Program-made: the position numbers and the translations under genes
Part shown: one piece after another, positions 39,618-49,004 of the stretch
Layout of the letters: every line of letters begins with the position of its first letter
How positions within the stretch are numbered: the first letter of the stretch is position 1
The notes under the pieces: model-generated
What the model saw: only the letters and a program-made list of their open reading frames with translations
Databases searched by the model: none
What the model was told of the DNA's origin: nothing
Assembly (NCBI GenBank): GCA_046757405.1
Contig: JBHHYE010000007.1
Span: forward strand, 25,222-89,221
DNA length: 64,000 nt
Origin: Acidobacteriota bacterium
GTDB lineage: Bacteria > Acidobacteriota > Polarisedimenticolia > SMYD01
Direction of reading: 5' to 3'

Positions 39618-41837
39618 CTACCGCGGCGAAGACGCGGCCTGCGCCGATTCCATGGCCGCGGGAAGGGCTCCCGACCAGACCCGGAAGAGGTCGGCGGTTT
39701 TCCGGCAGATGGCTTCCTCACCATCCACGCGCACCCGGAGACGATCCCCGCGGACCTCGCCCAGGTCGGCTATCTCCAGGCCGGCGGCGGCCGCCTGTTT
39801 CTCCATCCAGGCCACCTCCTGGGCGGGCGCCGCCAGCACCACGCGCGGGCCCGACTCACCGAACAGCAGAACATCCAGGCGCAGCCCGGAGGCCGCCAGC
39901 GCCACATCCATTCCGGTCTCGCACCCGCCGAAAAGCATCTCCGCCAGAGCCACGGCCAGCCCGCCCTCGCTGACGTCATGAGCCGCGGTGATCCGGCCCT
40001 GCCGGATTCCCTCGCGGACCAGGGCCGAGGTGGCTCGCTCGCCGGGCAGATCGAGAAAGGGCGGGTGCCCGCGCTCGAGACCGTGGCAGGATGCCAGGTA
40101 CTCGGTGGCCCCGATCTCGTTGCGCGTCACACCGAGAAGCAGAATCCGGTCTCCTGGCTCACGGACCCAGGGACCGGTATGACATTGCGCGTTCTCCAGA
40201 AGGCCCACCATGCCCACGGTCGGATTCGGGATCACGGCGCGTCCCTCGGTCTCGTTGTAGAGGCTCACATTGCCGGAGACCACCGGCGTTCCCAGAACCC
40301 GGCAGGCCGCCGAAAGGCCGGCCACGGCCCGCTCGAATTGCCACATGATCTCCGGCCGCTCCGGTTTGCCAAAGTTCAGGCAATCGGTCACCGCCAGCGG
40401 CTCGCCTCCGACACAGGAGATATTGCGAGCGGCCTCGGCCACGGCCAGGGCGGCGCCGCGGTAAGGATCGATCTGGCAGTAGCGGGGATTGCAGTCGGTG
40501 GTCAGAGCCAGAGCCTTCCGGCTCCCTTTCAGACGGACCACGGCGGCGTCGCCTCCTGGTCCCAGGACCGTGTTGGTCCGCACGGTGGTGTCGTACTGCC
40601 GGGTGATCCACTCCCTCGAGCACAGGTTGGGCGAGGCCAGGAGATCGGCCAGGATCTCTCCCGCATCATCCGGTTCCTTGATTCCATCCAGATCCAGGAC
40701 GGCCAGGTCAGCCAGCCCATCCGGCTCGCGGCGGGGGCGATCGTAGAGCGGCGCCTCCTCAGCCAGCGGACGCGCCGGGATATCCACGACCAGCAGGGGG
40801 CCGGAAAAGACGCGGACCCGCCCGTCATCGGTGACCCGGCCCACCACGTTGGCCTCGAGATCCCACTTGCGAAAGATTCCCATCACCTCTTCCTCGCGCC
40901 CTGCCCGGACCACCAGGAGCATGCGCTCCTGCGATTCGGAAAGCATGACTTCATAGGGGGTCATGTCACGCTCCCGGCGTGGCACCCGCTCGAGATCGAG
41001 TTCCATCCCGCTCCCCCCGCGCGACGCCATCTCGAAGGTGGAACAGGTCAGCCCGGCGGCGCCCATGTCCTGGATACCGACCACCGCGTCGGTCCGGAAG
41101 AGCTCGAGGCAGGCCTCCATGAGGAGCTTCTCGGAGAAAGGGTCGCCCACCTGCACGGTCGGCCGCCGTTCCGGCGAAGACGCATCGAACTCTTCTGATG
41201 CCATGGTGGCGCCGTGAATGCCGTCGCGGCCGGTCCGGGAACCGGCATAGAGCACCGGATTGCCGACGCCGGCCGCTTTCCCCAGGAACAGCCGGTCCGC
41301 CCGCGCAATCCCCAGATTGAAGGCATTGACCAGGATGTTGCCGTTATAGCTCGGGTGAAAGAAGACCTCCCCGCCGACCGTGGGAACCCCGATGGAGTTT
41401 CCGTAGCCTCCAATCCCGGAAACCACGCCATTCACCAGGTACCGCATGCGAGGGTGCTCCAGGTCCCCGAAGCGCAGGGAGTCCAGGGACACCATGGGAC
41501 GGGCTCCCATGGTGAAGATATCCCTCAGGATACCGCCGACTCCCGTGGCGGCTCCCTGGTACGGTTCGATGTAACTGGGATGATTGTGGGATTCCATCTT
41601 GAACACGGCCGCCATTCCCTCTCCCAGGTCCACCACGCCGGCGTTCTCGCCTGGTCCCTGGAGAACCCGCGGGCCCCGGGTCGGCAGTCCCCGCAGGTGG
41701 AGACGGCTGGACTTGTACGAACAGTGCTCGGACCACATGGCCACGAAGACTCCCAGCTCCGTCTCGCCGGGCTCGCGGCCGAGAATCTTGCAGGCACGGC
41801 GGTACTCCTCGGGTGTCAGGCCGTGGATGTCATTCAC
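39618..41837 (-). CDS. purL: Phosphoribosylformylglycinamidine synthase subunit PurL
   Basis: [39 protein letters not shown], duplicated AIRS-type halves. GTG start. Confidence 0.92.
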   Translation of the reverse strand: MNDIHGLTPEEYRRACKILGREPGETELGVFVAMWSEHCSYKSSRLHLRGLPTRGPRVLQGPGENAGVVDLGEGMAAVFKMESHNHPSYIEPYQGAATGVGGILRDIFTMGARPMVSLDSLRFGDLEHPRMRYLVNGVVSGIGGYGNSIGVPTVGGEVFFHPSYNGNILVNAFNLGIARADRLFLGKAAGVGNPVLYAGSRTGRDGIHGATMASEEFDASSPERRPTVQVGDPFSEKLLMEACLELFRTDAVVGIQDMGAAGLTCSTFEMASRGGSGMELDLERVPRRERDMTPYEVMLSESQERMLLVVRAGREEEVMGIFRKWDLEANVVGRVTDDGRVRVFSGPLLVVDIPARPLAEEAPLYDRPRREPDGLADLAVLDLDGIKEPDDAGEILADLLASPNLCSREWITRQYDTTVRTNTVLGPGGDAAVVRLKGSRKALALTTDCNPRYCQIDPYRGAALAVAEAARNISCVGGEPLAVTDCLNFGKPERPEIMWQFERAVAGLSAACRVLGTPVVSGNVSLYNETEGRAVIPNPTVGMVGLLENAQCHTGPWVREPGDRILLLGVTRNEIGATEYLASCHGLERGHPPFLDLPGERATSALVREGIRQGRITAAHDVSEGGLAVALAEMLFGGCETGMDVALAASGLRLDVLLFGESGPRVVLAAPAQEVAWMEKQAAAAGLEIADLGEVRGDRLRVRVDGEEAICRKTADLFRVWSGALPAAMESAQAASSPR

Positions 41838-42090
41838 GCCAGAAGCTCCCGCTCGCGAAGGGCGGCGATTCTAGCCCTGCCCCGGGATCCTTGTCCAGGC
41901 GGGACCGGGAAGCTGCATGAATGCACCACTCCTTGCCATCGGCGGGCGATTTCACTGAACGTTCCCTCTTCCCGGCGCGTATAGAAGAGTGACAGCGAAA
42001 CCGACGCCGGAGCTGAAGCGGCCAGATCAACCAGGACTCGGTGACCTCCCCCCTTCCATGCCGAGCAGCTTCGGTTCCGGCGTTTTTTTT

Positions 42091-43203
42091 CTAGCCCCCG
42101 GCGGCAGGGTTTCCGAAGAGCCTGACCATCTGCAGGCCCCAGACCAGCAGACCCACCGCGAGAACCCCCCAGAGCCAGGGATCGCGCAGCAGAAGGCCAG
42201 CAGGCCGGCCGGGGAGCATCGTTTCCCATCGACCCCCGAGGCGTCTTCGCAGGCCGTTCAGGCAGAGCCAGATGAGCACGGCCAGGGTGAGACCGGCCAG
42301 GAGACAGAGAGCCGATGTCGCCACCAGAGCCAGCAGGGCCATCGCCTCCGGATCCCACCCCGCCAGGAGACTCCCCGAGGCTCCGATCTGGCGGGCCACC
42401 TCATCGCGAAAGCTCTCCCAGGACATCATGTCCGCCTGCGCCCCGCCGGCGCGCCCGGCCAGGTGCGCCAGGCTGAGAGCCACCAGGTTGTTGACGGAGT
42501 GGGCGGCCACCGCCGGGAGGACCGATCCGGTGGCCAGGGTCAGCTCACCGAACACCACCCCGAGAGCCATGGTGGGCAAGAATCGAACCGGATCCATGTG
42601 AAAGAGCCCGAAGCAAACGGCGGTCACCCACACGGCCAGGTGGGCGCCATGGGTCCGCAGAGACGCCAGCAGGAAGCCGCGGAAAAAAACCTCCTCACAA
42701 AACGGCGCCACCACGGCCCCGGACAAGAGAGCCCAGGCGTAGTCGTTTCCCCCTTGCAAGGGGAGGGGCAGACCCGGATGATGACCCCCTAGAAAGAGAA
42801 AGATCAGGACCAGCGGCACCGTCAGACCGACCGCCATGCCGAAAGCCAATCCGCCGATGCCCGCCCCGGCCAGGAGCGGATCCCAGGCCTCTCTCCCGGC
42901 GAGCCTTCTTCCCAGGATCACGGCCGGGCGAATGCCATGCAGCCTGCAGGCCAGGAGGGCCGGGGCCAGGAGAAGCGCGATCTCGGTGAAGAGAAGGCCC
43001 GGGATGACCGACCATTCTTGCGCGGCCGCGCCCAGGCTGAGCAACAGGACAAATACGATGAAGAGCAAACGGGTCCCCTGGCCGGGTCGAGGCAGGTGGG
43101 TGTCGGTGGGCATCATGGCCGAGACCGCCACCAGCTGAGACATTCCCAGGGATCTGTGCCGGGCGGCGCCGGCCAAGGTATCAGAGGGACCCTGCACGGA
43201 CAA
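42091..43203 (-). CDS. CPBP-family intramembrane glutamic endopeptidase (CAAX protease-like) with extra C-terminal TMs
   Basis: Motifs CEEVFFRGFLL, FGLFH, AAHSVNNLV. The start is uncertain (43203 or the internal ATG at 43143). Confidence 0.8.
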   Translation of the reverse strand: MSVQGPSDTLAGAARHRSLGMSQLVAVSAMMPTDTHLPRPGQGTRLLFIVFVLLLSLGAAAQEWSVIPGLLFTEIALLLAPALLACRLHGIRPAVILGRRLAGREAWDPLLAGAGIGGLAFGMAVGLTVPLVLIFLFLGGHHPGLPLPLQGGNDYAWALLSGAVVAPFCEEVFFRGFLLASLRTHGAHLAVWVTAVCFGLFHMDPVRFLPTMALGVVFGELTLATGSVLPAVAAHSVNNLVALSLAHLAGRAGGAQADMMSWESFRDEVARQIGASGSLLAGWDPEAMALLALVATSALCLLAGLTLAVLIWLCLNGLRRRLGGRWETMLPGRPAGLLLRDPWLWGVLAVGLLVWGLQMVRLFGNPAAGG

Positions 43204-43220
43204 TCCGCCCTCTCACGAGA

Positions 43221-43238
43221 TCGTAATTCCTATTACGA
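43221..43238. promoter_or_regulatory. Perfect 7-bp inverted repeat TCGTAAT-tcct-ATTACGA in the AT-rich island
   Basis: Read directly from the sequence. It lies about 20 bp upstream of the predicted -35 of the pilin-module promoter and is a candidate operator. Confidence 0.35.
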
Positions 43239-43257
43239 ATAATGAATATTAATACTC

Positions 43258-43285
43258 TTGCAGAAGCATAGCTTTTGTCTATACT
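43258..43285 (+). promoter_or_regulatory. Sigma70-like promoter (TTGCAG - 16 nt - TATACT) for the pilin/EPS module
   Basis: The hexamers and spacing were read directly. It sits in the only markedly AT-rich stretch of the window, 57 nt upstream of the first pilin-like start. Confidence 0.5.
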
Positions 43286-43341
43286 ATAGATATGCAGAAA
43301 GGTGTCTTGGGCAACCCAAAAATATGGTGAAGGAGATGAGA

Positions 43342-43821
43342 ATGCCGTGCCTTCGCAGTGGCAGGGAACGAGGCTATTCACTGGTCGAGATTCTTCTGGT
43401 TCTCGCCATCGCGGCAATTCTCCTCACCGTCTCCATCCCGGCTCTCAGCCAGTACATGCGCTCCTACTCGGCGCGCGTGGCGGCCGACCAGTTCGTCAGC
43501 CACCTGCGGCTGGCGCGCCACCTGTCCATCGCGCGCCACCAGCCCGTGAATGTCGCCGTGACGTCCAAGACCTACACCCTACCCGACTGGAACAGCTCCG
43601 ATCTCTCCACGGCGCCGTCACGCTCCTGGGACCTACCGCCGACCTGCTCCATCGTCAGCGGGACGGCAACGGTGTCGTTCCAGCCTGACGGAACCGTCTC
43701 CGCGGGCAGCGGGAACATCCGGCTGGAGATCGCCCTGGACGACACGGTGACGGCCCGCTACGAGGTCACCGTCTCGGCCTCGGGCAAGGTGAGCTCCACC
43801 TACACGCGGGTGAGCTCGTGA
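43342..43821 (+). CDS. Minor (pseudo)pilin, FimT/FimU/GspH-like
   Basis: Class III signal MPCLRSGRERG|YSLVEILLVLAIAAILLTVSIP (Glu at +5), followed by SARVAADQFVSHLRLARHLSIARHQPV, typical of the GspH/FimT domain. SD AAGGAG lies 6 nt upstream of the ATG at 43342. Confidence 0.75.
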   Translation: MPCLRSGRERGYSLVEILLVLAIAAILLTVSIPALSQYMRSYSARVAADQFVSHLRLARHLSIARHQPVNVAVTSKTYTLPDWNSSDLSTAPSRSWDLPPTCSIVSGTATVSFQPDGTVSAGSGNIRLEIALDDTVTARYEVTVSASGKVSSTYTRVSS

Positions 43822-44294
43822 CCCAGCCCCGGCGGTTCTCCCTCCAGCGCGGTTTCAGCATGGTGGAGGTGCTGCTGGCGTTGAGCCTCCTGGGCGTCGT
43901 CCTGATCTCCATCACCTCCCTGTTCATCATCGGCGGCCGGCGCGTCGCCCAGGGGAGGGAGCGGACCGAGGCCCTCTCGGTGGGAACACACATCATGGAA
44001 ACCCTGGACCAGATGTCCTACCGCGGCCTGTACACCAACTTCACCACGGCATCCGACCCCGGCGCCGCCGCCGGCCCACTCACCATCGACAGCCGCACCA
44101 ACCCCGATGCTCTCACCCTGGGCTGGCAGAACCTGATCGACGCCAAGCTGGACAACGGCTACGCCATCATCACCGTGGAGCGGATCGGAGGTGCCGATTT
44201 CCGGACCGCCACCAGCCTCCGGGTGACGACCACCGTCTACTGGGATGATCTGGACCGCAGCCGTAACATCACGCTCGAGACCTTGAGATTCTAG
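43818..44294 (+). CDS. Minor (pseudo)pilin, PilV/GspI-like
   Basis: Leader VTQPRRFSLQRG|FSMVEVLLALSLLGVVLISITSLF. The GTG start overlaps the preceding stop (GTGA). Confidence 0.7.
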   Translation: MTQPRRFSLQRGFSMVEVLLALSLLGVVLISITSLFIIGGRRVAQGRERTEALSVGTHIMETLDQMSYRGLYTNFTTASDPGAAAGPLTIDSRTNPDALTLGWQNLIDAKLDNGYAIITVERIGGADFRTATSLRVTTTVYWDDLDRSRNITLETLRF

Positions 44295-44320
44295 AGCCGC
44301 CGGAAGCCATGGAGGGTCCC

Positions 44321-46930
44321 ATGCAAGACCAGGCAAATCACCGACGGCGACTGCAGGAGGGGTTCAGCCTCGTCGAATTGACGGTCGCCTTCGCCATCTT
44401 CCTGGTGGCGGCGCTGGCCGCGTACGCGCTTTATTATGGCGGCACGCGGTCGTTCAAGCAGGCCGAGAACGCCACGGACGTCCAGCAGAACGCGCGCACC
44501 GGTTTCGACCGCCTGACCCGCGAGCTACGCCTCGCCGGGTTCAACCAGAACGCCGACGGCGCCGCTGCCCGTCCCGACGAGCAGTTCGAGGGGGCGTGGG
44601 ACACGGCCATCACCATCCGCGGCGACTTCGACGCAGAAGACCCGGCCCTGAGCACGACCCCGGAGACCTCCCTGGCCGGCACTTTCAATGTCGTCACGAC
44701 CGGCAACGATGAGATCGTGACCTACGCTCTTGGGAAACCGGCTCTCCCCAACAGCACGGCGATCTCCTACACCGCCGACGTGGCCGAAACCACCCGCGAC
44801 GGCGACGAGGAGGCGGTCTCCATTCCCGGTCCGGTGCTGGTGCAGGATGATCCCCCCTACACCCTTTACCGGATCAGCCCGAAGAATGTGAGCAGCATGG
44901 GGGGGTTCGACGGTGCCTTCGACAGCGCCGCCGAATTCCTCTTCGAGCCGATTGCCGAGAACATTCGCTCCCTCACCTTCAAGTACTTCGATGTGTCCGG
45001 AGCGCTCATCAATCCGGATACGCCAGCGGACCCCACGGATGACATCGGAGGCGGCGATGCCAACCGCAACCAGCGCGCGCGGATCACGCGGGTGGAGCTC
45101 GACCTCGAGGCCATGACACCGGAGCCGGATCCCCAGTTCATCGATCCGGCCGACCCCAATCCGGCCACCCAGAACTTTCGCAAGATTGATCTGACCGCCA
45201 GTGTCACGCCGCGGAACACCGGCCTCAAGGGAATCCCCGACCTGGATCTGCAGCCGCCGTCCACTCCCACCGGCCTGGCCGCCTGCCCGGGGCACTGTGC
45301 CGGCATCCTCCTCACCTGGAATGCCAATCCCCCCAGCGAGCTGGTGACCGAGTACCGGGTGGCCTACGGCACCTCCACCGGAAACCTCACCACCACCCGT
45401 ACCACCAGCCAAACATCCCTCTTCATCAATGCGCTGAACCCGGCGGCGACCTACTATTTCTCCATCCAGGCCCTGGACGCCGCAGGCAACGCCAGCCCGC
45501 CCTCGGCGGAGATCAGCGCCACCACCCTGGACGACACCGAGCCCGGCCTGGTCCCTGGCTTCGCCGCCGCGGGCTCCACCGCCGACCCGGGCATCCTGGT
45601 GAGCTGGACTCCGGTGACGCAGAACGACAATACCGTCGCCGGCGCGTCCGGCCCCGGCGGGTGCGACGTCGACAAGCCTTTGAACCGAGACCTGGATGGG
45701 TACGCCCTCTTCCGCAACCAGGGAGGCGATCCGGCCACCAGCAACCTCGGCAGTGCCCTGGCCGGCCCCACGACCCTTAACCAGAACGCCGTCCAGTACC
45801 TGGACACGGCCGTGGTCGCCTGCCGCAATTACACGTATGACATCCGCGCCGTGGACGCTTGCGGCACCGCGGGGGGGAATCAGGCCTCCACCGTGACCAC
45901 CAGCTACACCACGACCGTACCGCCGGCCAAACCCCAGAATGTCAACGCCTCGGAGTCGGGCGTCAACAAGAATACCATTGTCTGGGACGCGGTGACGGCC
46001 GATGCCGGCGGCAAGCCGACCTCCGTGGCCGGGTACCACATCTACCGCGCCGAGGCGCCCCCCGGGAACCCGCCCGGCGCCTCGCTGTTCACCACTCCCA
46101 TCGGGTTCAGCAATACCAATTCTTACGTGGACAACTATACCGGCGGGGACCCGCCCGCAACGGGCAATATCTACTACTACCGCATCACCGCCCTGGACGA
46201 CTGTCCCAATGAATCGGAGCTCTCGGCCGCTTCAGGCGCCAGCTGCGCCTTCGACGGACAGGTGATCATCACCCCGGGCGCCGGCACCACGGTCTTCGGG
46301 GTGCAAACCATCCAGCTCACCGCCGATGGGACCGACACCTACGTGCAGGGCAGCGTGACGGTCTTCGATGAGACCGGAAACAGCGTGCTGGGCCCCCTCA
46401 CCTCCATGACCTACCCGTTCAGCTTCACCTGGGACACCCGCAGCCTGAACCCCGGCCCGTACCTGATCACGGGTGCCATCGTCAACGCCACGGGTTGCAA
46501 CAAGACCTCCTCGGCGGCGGTCCAGACCATCACCACCCCGGCCTGCTGCCTCACCCAGACCTCCACGAGCCTGGCCTCGGATAACAAGGCCAACTCGAAC
46601 CTGGTGGCCGGGATCCTGGCCAATCTCTGCCAGAATAACCTGGTCGCCAGCGCCATCACGGTGACCTTCAACCTGACCGACAGCAAGACCAAGCTCGACG
46701 ACATCCGCTGGAACGGCGTGAGCATCATCTCGGGCGTGAACCACACCTCTCCGTTCAGCTCCTCGATTTCGGTCCCCATCCCCTCGACCTTCAACGGCGG
46801 GGGCCAGCAAGACGTCGTGTTCGATTTCGACCGCACTCTCGTTCCCGGCGACATCGTGAGCTTCGACCTGACCTACAGCGGCCCGGTGGTCAGCACCCAG
46901 ACCTGCACCTTCACCAGCGTGGTCAACTAG
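44321..46930 (+). CDS. Giant PilW/GspJ-like minor (pseudo)pilin with three FN3-like modules and C-terminal Ig-like modules
   Basis: Leader MQDQANHRRRLQEG|FSLVELTVAFAIFLVAALAAYALY, then the PilW-like NARTGFDRLTRELRLAG. FN3-like units run from about 45250 to 46250 (for example PSTPTGLAA..LLTWNANPP..YRVAYGT..YYFSIQALDAAGNASPPS). GGAGGG lies 4 nt upstream of the ATG at 44321; the ATG at 44309 is also possible. Confidence 0.7.
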   Translation: MQDQANHRRRLQEGFSLVELTVAFAIFLVAALAAYALYYGGTRSFKQAENATDVQQNARTGFDRLTRELRLAGFNQNADGAAARPDEQFEGAWDTAITIRGDFDAEDPALSTTPETSLAGTFNVVTTGNDEIVTYALGKPALPNSTAISYTADVAETTRDGDEEAVSIPGPVLVQDDPPYTLYRISPKNVSSMGGFDGAFDSAAEFLFEPIAENIRSLTFKYFDVSGALINPDTPADPTDDIGGGDANRNQRARITRVELDLEAMTPEPDPQFIDPADPNPATQNFRKIDLTASVTPRNTGLKGIPDLDLQPPSTPTGLAACPGHCAGILLTWNANPPSELVTEYRVAYGTSTGNLTTTRTTSQTSLFINALNPAATYYFSIQALDAAGNASPPSAEISATTLDDTEPGLVPGFAAAGSTADPGILVSWTPVTQNDNTVAGASGPGGCDVDKPLNRDLDGYALFRNQGGDPATSNLGSALAGPTTLNQNAVQYLDTAVVACRNYTYDIRAVDACGTAGGNQASTVTTSYTTTVPPAKPQNVNASESGVNKNTIVWDAVTADAGGKPTSVAGYHIYRAEAPPGNPPGASLFTTPIGFSNTNSYVDNYTGGDPPATGNIYYYRITALDDCPNESELSAASGASCAFDGQVIITPGAGTTVFGVQTIQLTADGTDTYVQGSVTVFDETGNSVLGPLTSMTYPFSFTWDTRSLNPGPYLITGAIVNATGCNKTSSAAVQTITTPACCLTQTSTSLASDNKANSNLVAGILANLCQNNLVASAITVTFNLTDSKTKLDDIRWNGVSIISGVNHTSPFSSSISVPIPSTFNGGGQQDVVFDFDRTLVPGDIVSFDLTYSGPVVSTQTCTFTSVVN

Positions 46931-46939
46931 GAGTCCGCC

Positions 46940-48859
46940 ATGCGAAACCGATTCATGGCAGACCGGAGAACGACTGGCAGGAGCCGCGAGCGCGGCTCGG
47001 CGCTGGTGATCGCCACCCTGGTGATGGTGATCCTGACCCTGCTGGGGCTGTCGTACCTGACCCTGGCCGACACCGAGAGCCTCATCGCCCTCAACATGAC
47101 CTACCAGGAGCAAGCCCTCTACGCCGGCGAGTCGGCGGCCCGGGCGGTGGTGAACTGGTTCAACGACCCCTCGCCGGCCACCGGGTTCCTGATCCCGACG
47201 CTGGCCCAGGTGGACCGCACCCAGCGCTTCATCGATCATGACGACGACCCCACCACGGCCACCATCACCAACTCCGGCACGCCGGTGGTGGAAGGCGACC
47301 CGACCAAGCCGTTCTACCGGGACGGCAGCAATGACCTGTTCGACAAGCCGTACAGGGGATCCCTGGCGCTGGCGTTCACCGGGACCGAGGCCGGTCCCGA
47401 CCTGGTGGTTGACGCCGCCGCCGGAGGCAACCAGGCCGTCTTCCTGAACAGCTTGAACGCCGCTCTCTTCGACACCTATCCGTCGGACATCACGATCACC
47501 ACCGCGGCGGAGGCTCCTCTCCGCGCCCGGGTCCTCAAGATCGAGATGTACGAGCCGCCCCTGGTGAATCTGTCCGGCACCTGGAGCCGGTACGGTATCG
47601 CCACCATCAAGGTCACGGTGGGGATCTTCGCCTTCGCCGCCGATGCAGACGCCTCCAACGACCGCCAGGTGGCGCGGAAGGTCGTGAAGGTGGTGGTCAA
47701 CGAGACCCCTTACCCCGGCCCCACCGGGCCGCTCGAGACCTGCAACCTGCTGCAAACCAACGGTGACTTCGAGGTGCACTGGGGTGTGGCTTCGGCAATC
47801 GGCGACGTGACCCTCAACGCAAACTGGGATTCGAAGCAGGATTCCACCTTCCCGTTCGCCCAGGACAGCAACACCAGCCATATCTACACGGATCCCATGG
47901 GACCTCCGGGCAACTCGGATTTCTTCGATACCTGGTATGCCAACTGGCAGGGACAGATCCTGGAGGATCCCTGGTACAAGCTCGAGGCCGGGGGACAGAT
48001 CAACGCCCTGGGCACCGGTGACATCCAGCCGTTCGACCCCCAGCTGGCCACGGCTCCGGAGGACCACTCCAACCTGTTCCAGAACCTGGGCGCGCTGGCG
48101 GTCCAGTGCCCCGATTTCGACTACCAGACCTGGAAGGCCATCGCCCAGACCGGGGGCAAGAACGTTCTCTACCTGGCTTACGACCAGGCCACCCAGACCT
48201 TCAAGCTCGACGGCATGGGCGATCCCAAGTCGTTCCGCACCTGGACGGAAGACCAGACCGGAGTCTTCTTCTTCGACACCACCGACGCCCTGCCTCCGGC
48301 CCCCGACGGCTCCAACCTGACCCCCACCATCGGCATCAGCGGCGGCACCTGGACCACCGAAGGGTTCATCTACCTCAACGCGGCCAACTTCACCACCACC
48401 GGCGCCGGCTCGCCTCCCAGCCGCTGGATCTTCCCGCCGGGCGAGCCGTATATCGACCTGGACAACGACGGCCAGTTTGACGTGGGCGAGCCGTATGTGA
48501 ACCTGAACTACGCCTCCGGAGTCTTCACCGTAGATCAGACCGCCGCGCAGACCGTCATCGCCGACACCGACGGCGACGGCATCACCGAGACCTACACCAC
48601 AACCGCCGCCCGGGATGTGCTGGGACCGCCGTTCCAGACCCCCATCAACCTGTACGGCATCATGTACACCAGCGGAGACTACCAGGCACAGGGGAACTTT
48701 TCTTATTTCGGCTCGGTGGTGGCCAAGGGGCAGATCGGCCCGAGCGCCTCCGGCACGCCCGATTATTACTGGGACGACCGGATCATCCAGGGAGGCTGGC
48801 CGCCCCCCGGCCTGGACCTGCCACGGGTCATCATCTCCCGCTGGGAGGTCGAGCTGTAG
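46940..48859 (+). CDS. Giant PilX/GspK-like cap subunit with PilY1-like Ca-binding loops
   Basis: The PilX_N-type N-terminus RGSALVIATLVMVILTLLGLSYLTLADTE has no Glu at +5. The C-terminal region of about 570 aa contains DLDNDGQFD (48455-48481) and DTDGDGITE (48563-48589). SD AGGAG lies 6 nt upstream. Confidence 0.65.
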   Translation: MRNRFMADRRTTGRSRERGSALVIATLVMVILTLLGLSYLTLADTESLIALNMTYQEQALYAGESAARAVVNWFNDPSPATGFLIPTLAQVDRTQRFIDHDDDPTTATITNSGTPVVEGDPTKPFYRDGSNDLFDKPYRGSLALAFTGTEAGPDLVVDAAAGGNQAVFLNSLNAALFDTYPSDITITTAAEAPLRARVLKIEMYEPPLVNLSGTWSRYGIATIKVTVGIFAFAADADASNDRQVARKVVKVVVNETPYPGPTGPLETCNLLQTNGDFEVHWGVASAIGDVTLNANWDSKQDSTFPFAQDSNTSHIYTDPMGPPGNSDFFDTWYANWQGQILEDPWYKLEAGGQINALGTGDIQPFDPQLATAPEDHSNLFQNLGALAVQCPDFDYQTWKAIAQTGGKNVLYLAYDQATQTFKLDGMGDPKSFRTWTEDQTGVFFFDTTDALPPAPDGSNLTPTIGISGGTWTTEGFIYLNAANFTTTGAGSPPSRWIFPPGEPYIDLDNDGQFDVGEPYVNLNYASGVFTVDQTAAQTVIADTDGDGITETYTTTAARDVLGPPFQTPINLYGIMYTSGDYQAQGNFSYFGSVVAKGQIGPSASGTPDYYWDDRIIQGGWPPPGLDLPRVIISRWEVEL

Positions 48860-49004
48860 GAGAACACCGCCAGACCTCCACCACCCTCCTTTCCTCTCTC
48901 CCCTGGAAGAGAGAACATGGAAGGCGGCGGCGGGAGGCCGGACGACAAGGGGCCGGGCCAGGTGAGGGAGGCCCCCGCCGGCCCGGGGAGGGGGGTGAAC
49001 GGAC

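Noticed and set aside
38913-41198. 761-aa plus-strand ORF antisense to purF/purL, and similar shadows elsewhere (e.g. 36975-38822, 31082-32797, 29682-31322, 24438-25397)
   Set aside because: These are shadow ORFs opposite to or out of frame with genes that have unambiguous enzyme motifs.
41900-41990. Possible ZTP (pfl-type) riboswitch in the purL leader, because the minus strand reads CCGCCTGGAC, close to the conserved CCGCCUGGGC 3' element
   Set aside because: I could not find the 5' sub-domain (GACUGGCG...GGUGGA...CCACCGGG) or a complementary GGCG for the pseudoknot. A single 9/10 match in GC-rich DNA is expected by chance. An Rfam or Infernal scan would settle it.
48895-48914. Hairpin TCTCTC-ccctggaa-GAGAGA in the 145-nt gap between the PilX-like and synthase genes, as a possible internal terminator
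   Set aside because: The stem is only 6 bp, AT/GA-rich and has no U-tract, so it is too weak to call. It remains relevant to whether the six genes are one operon (see the first finding).
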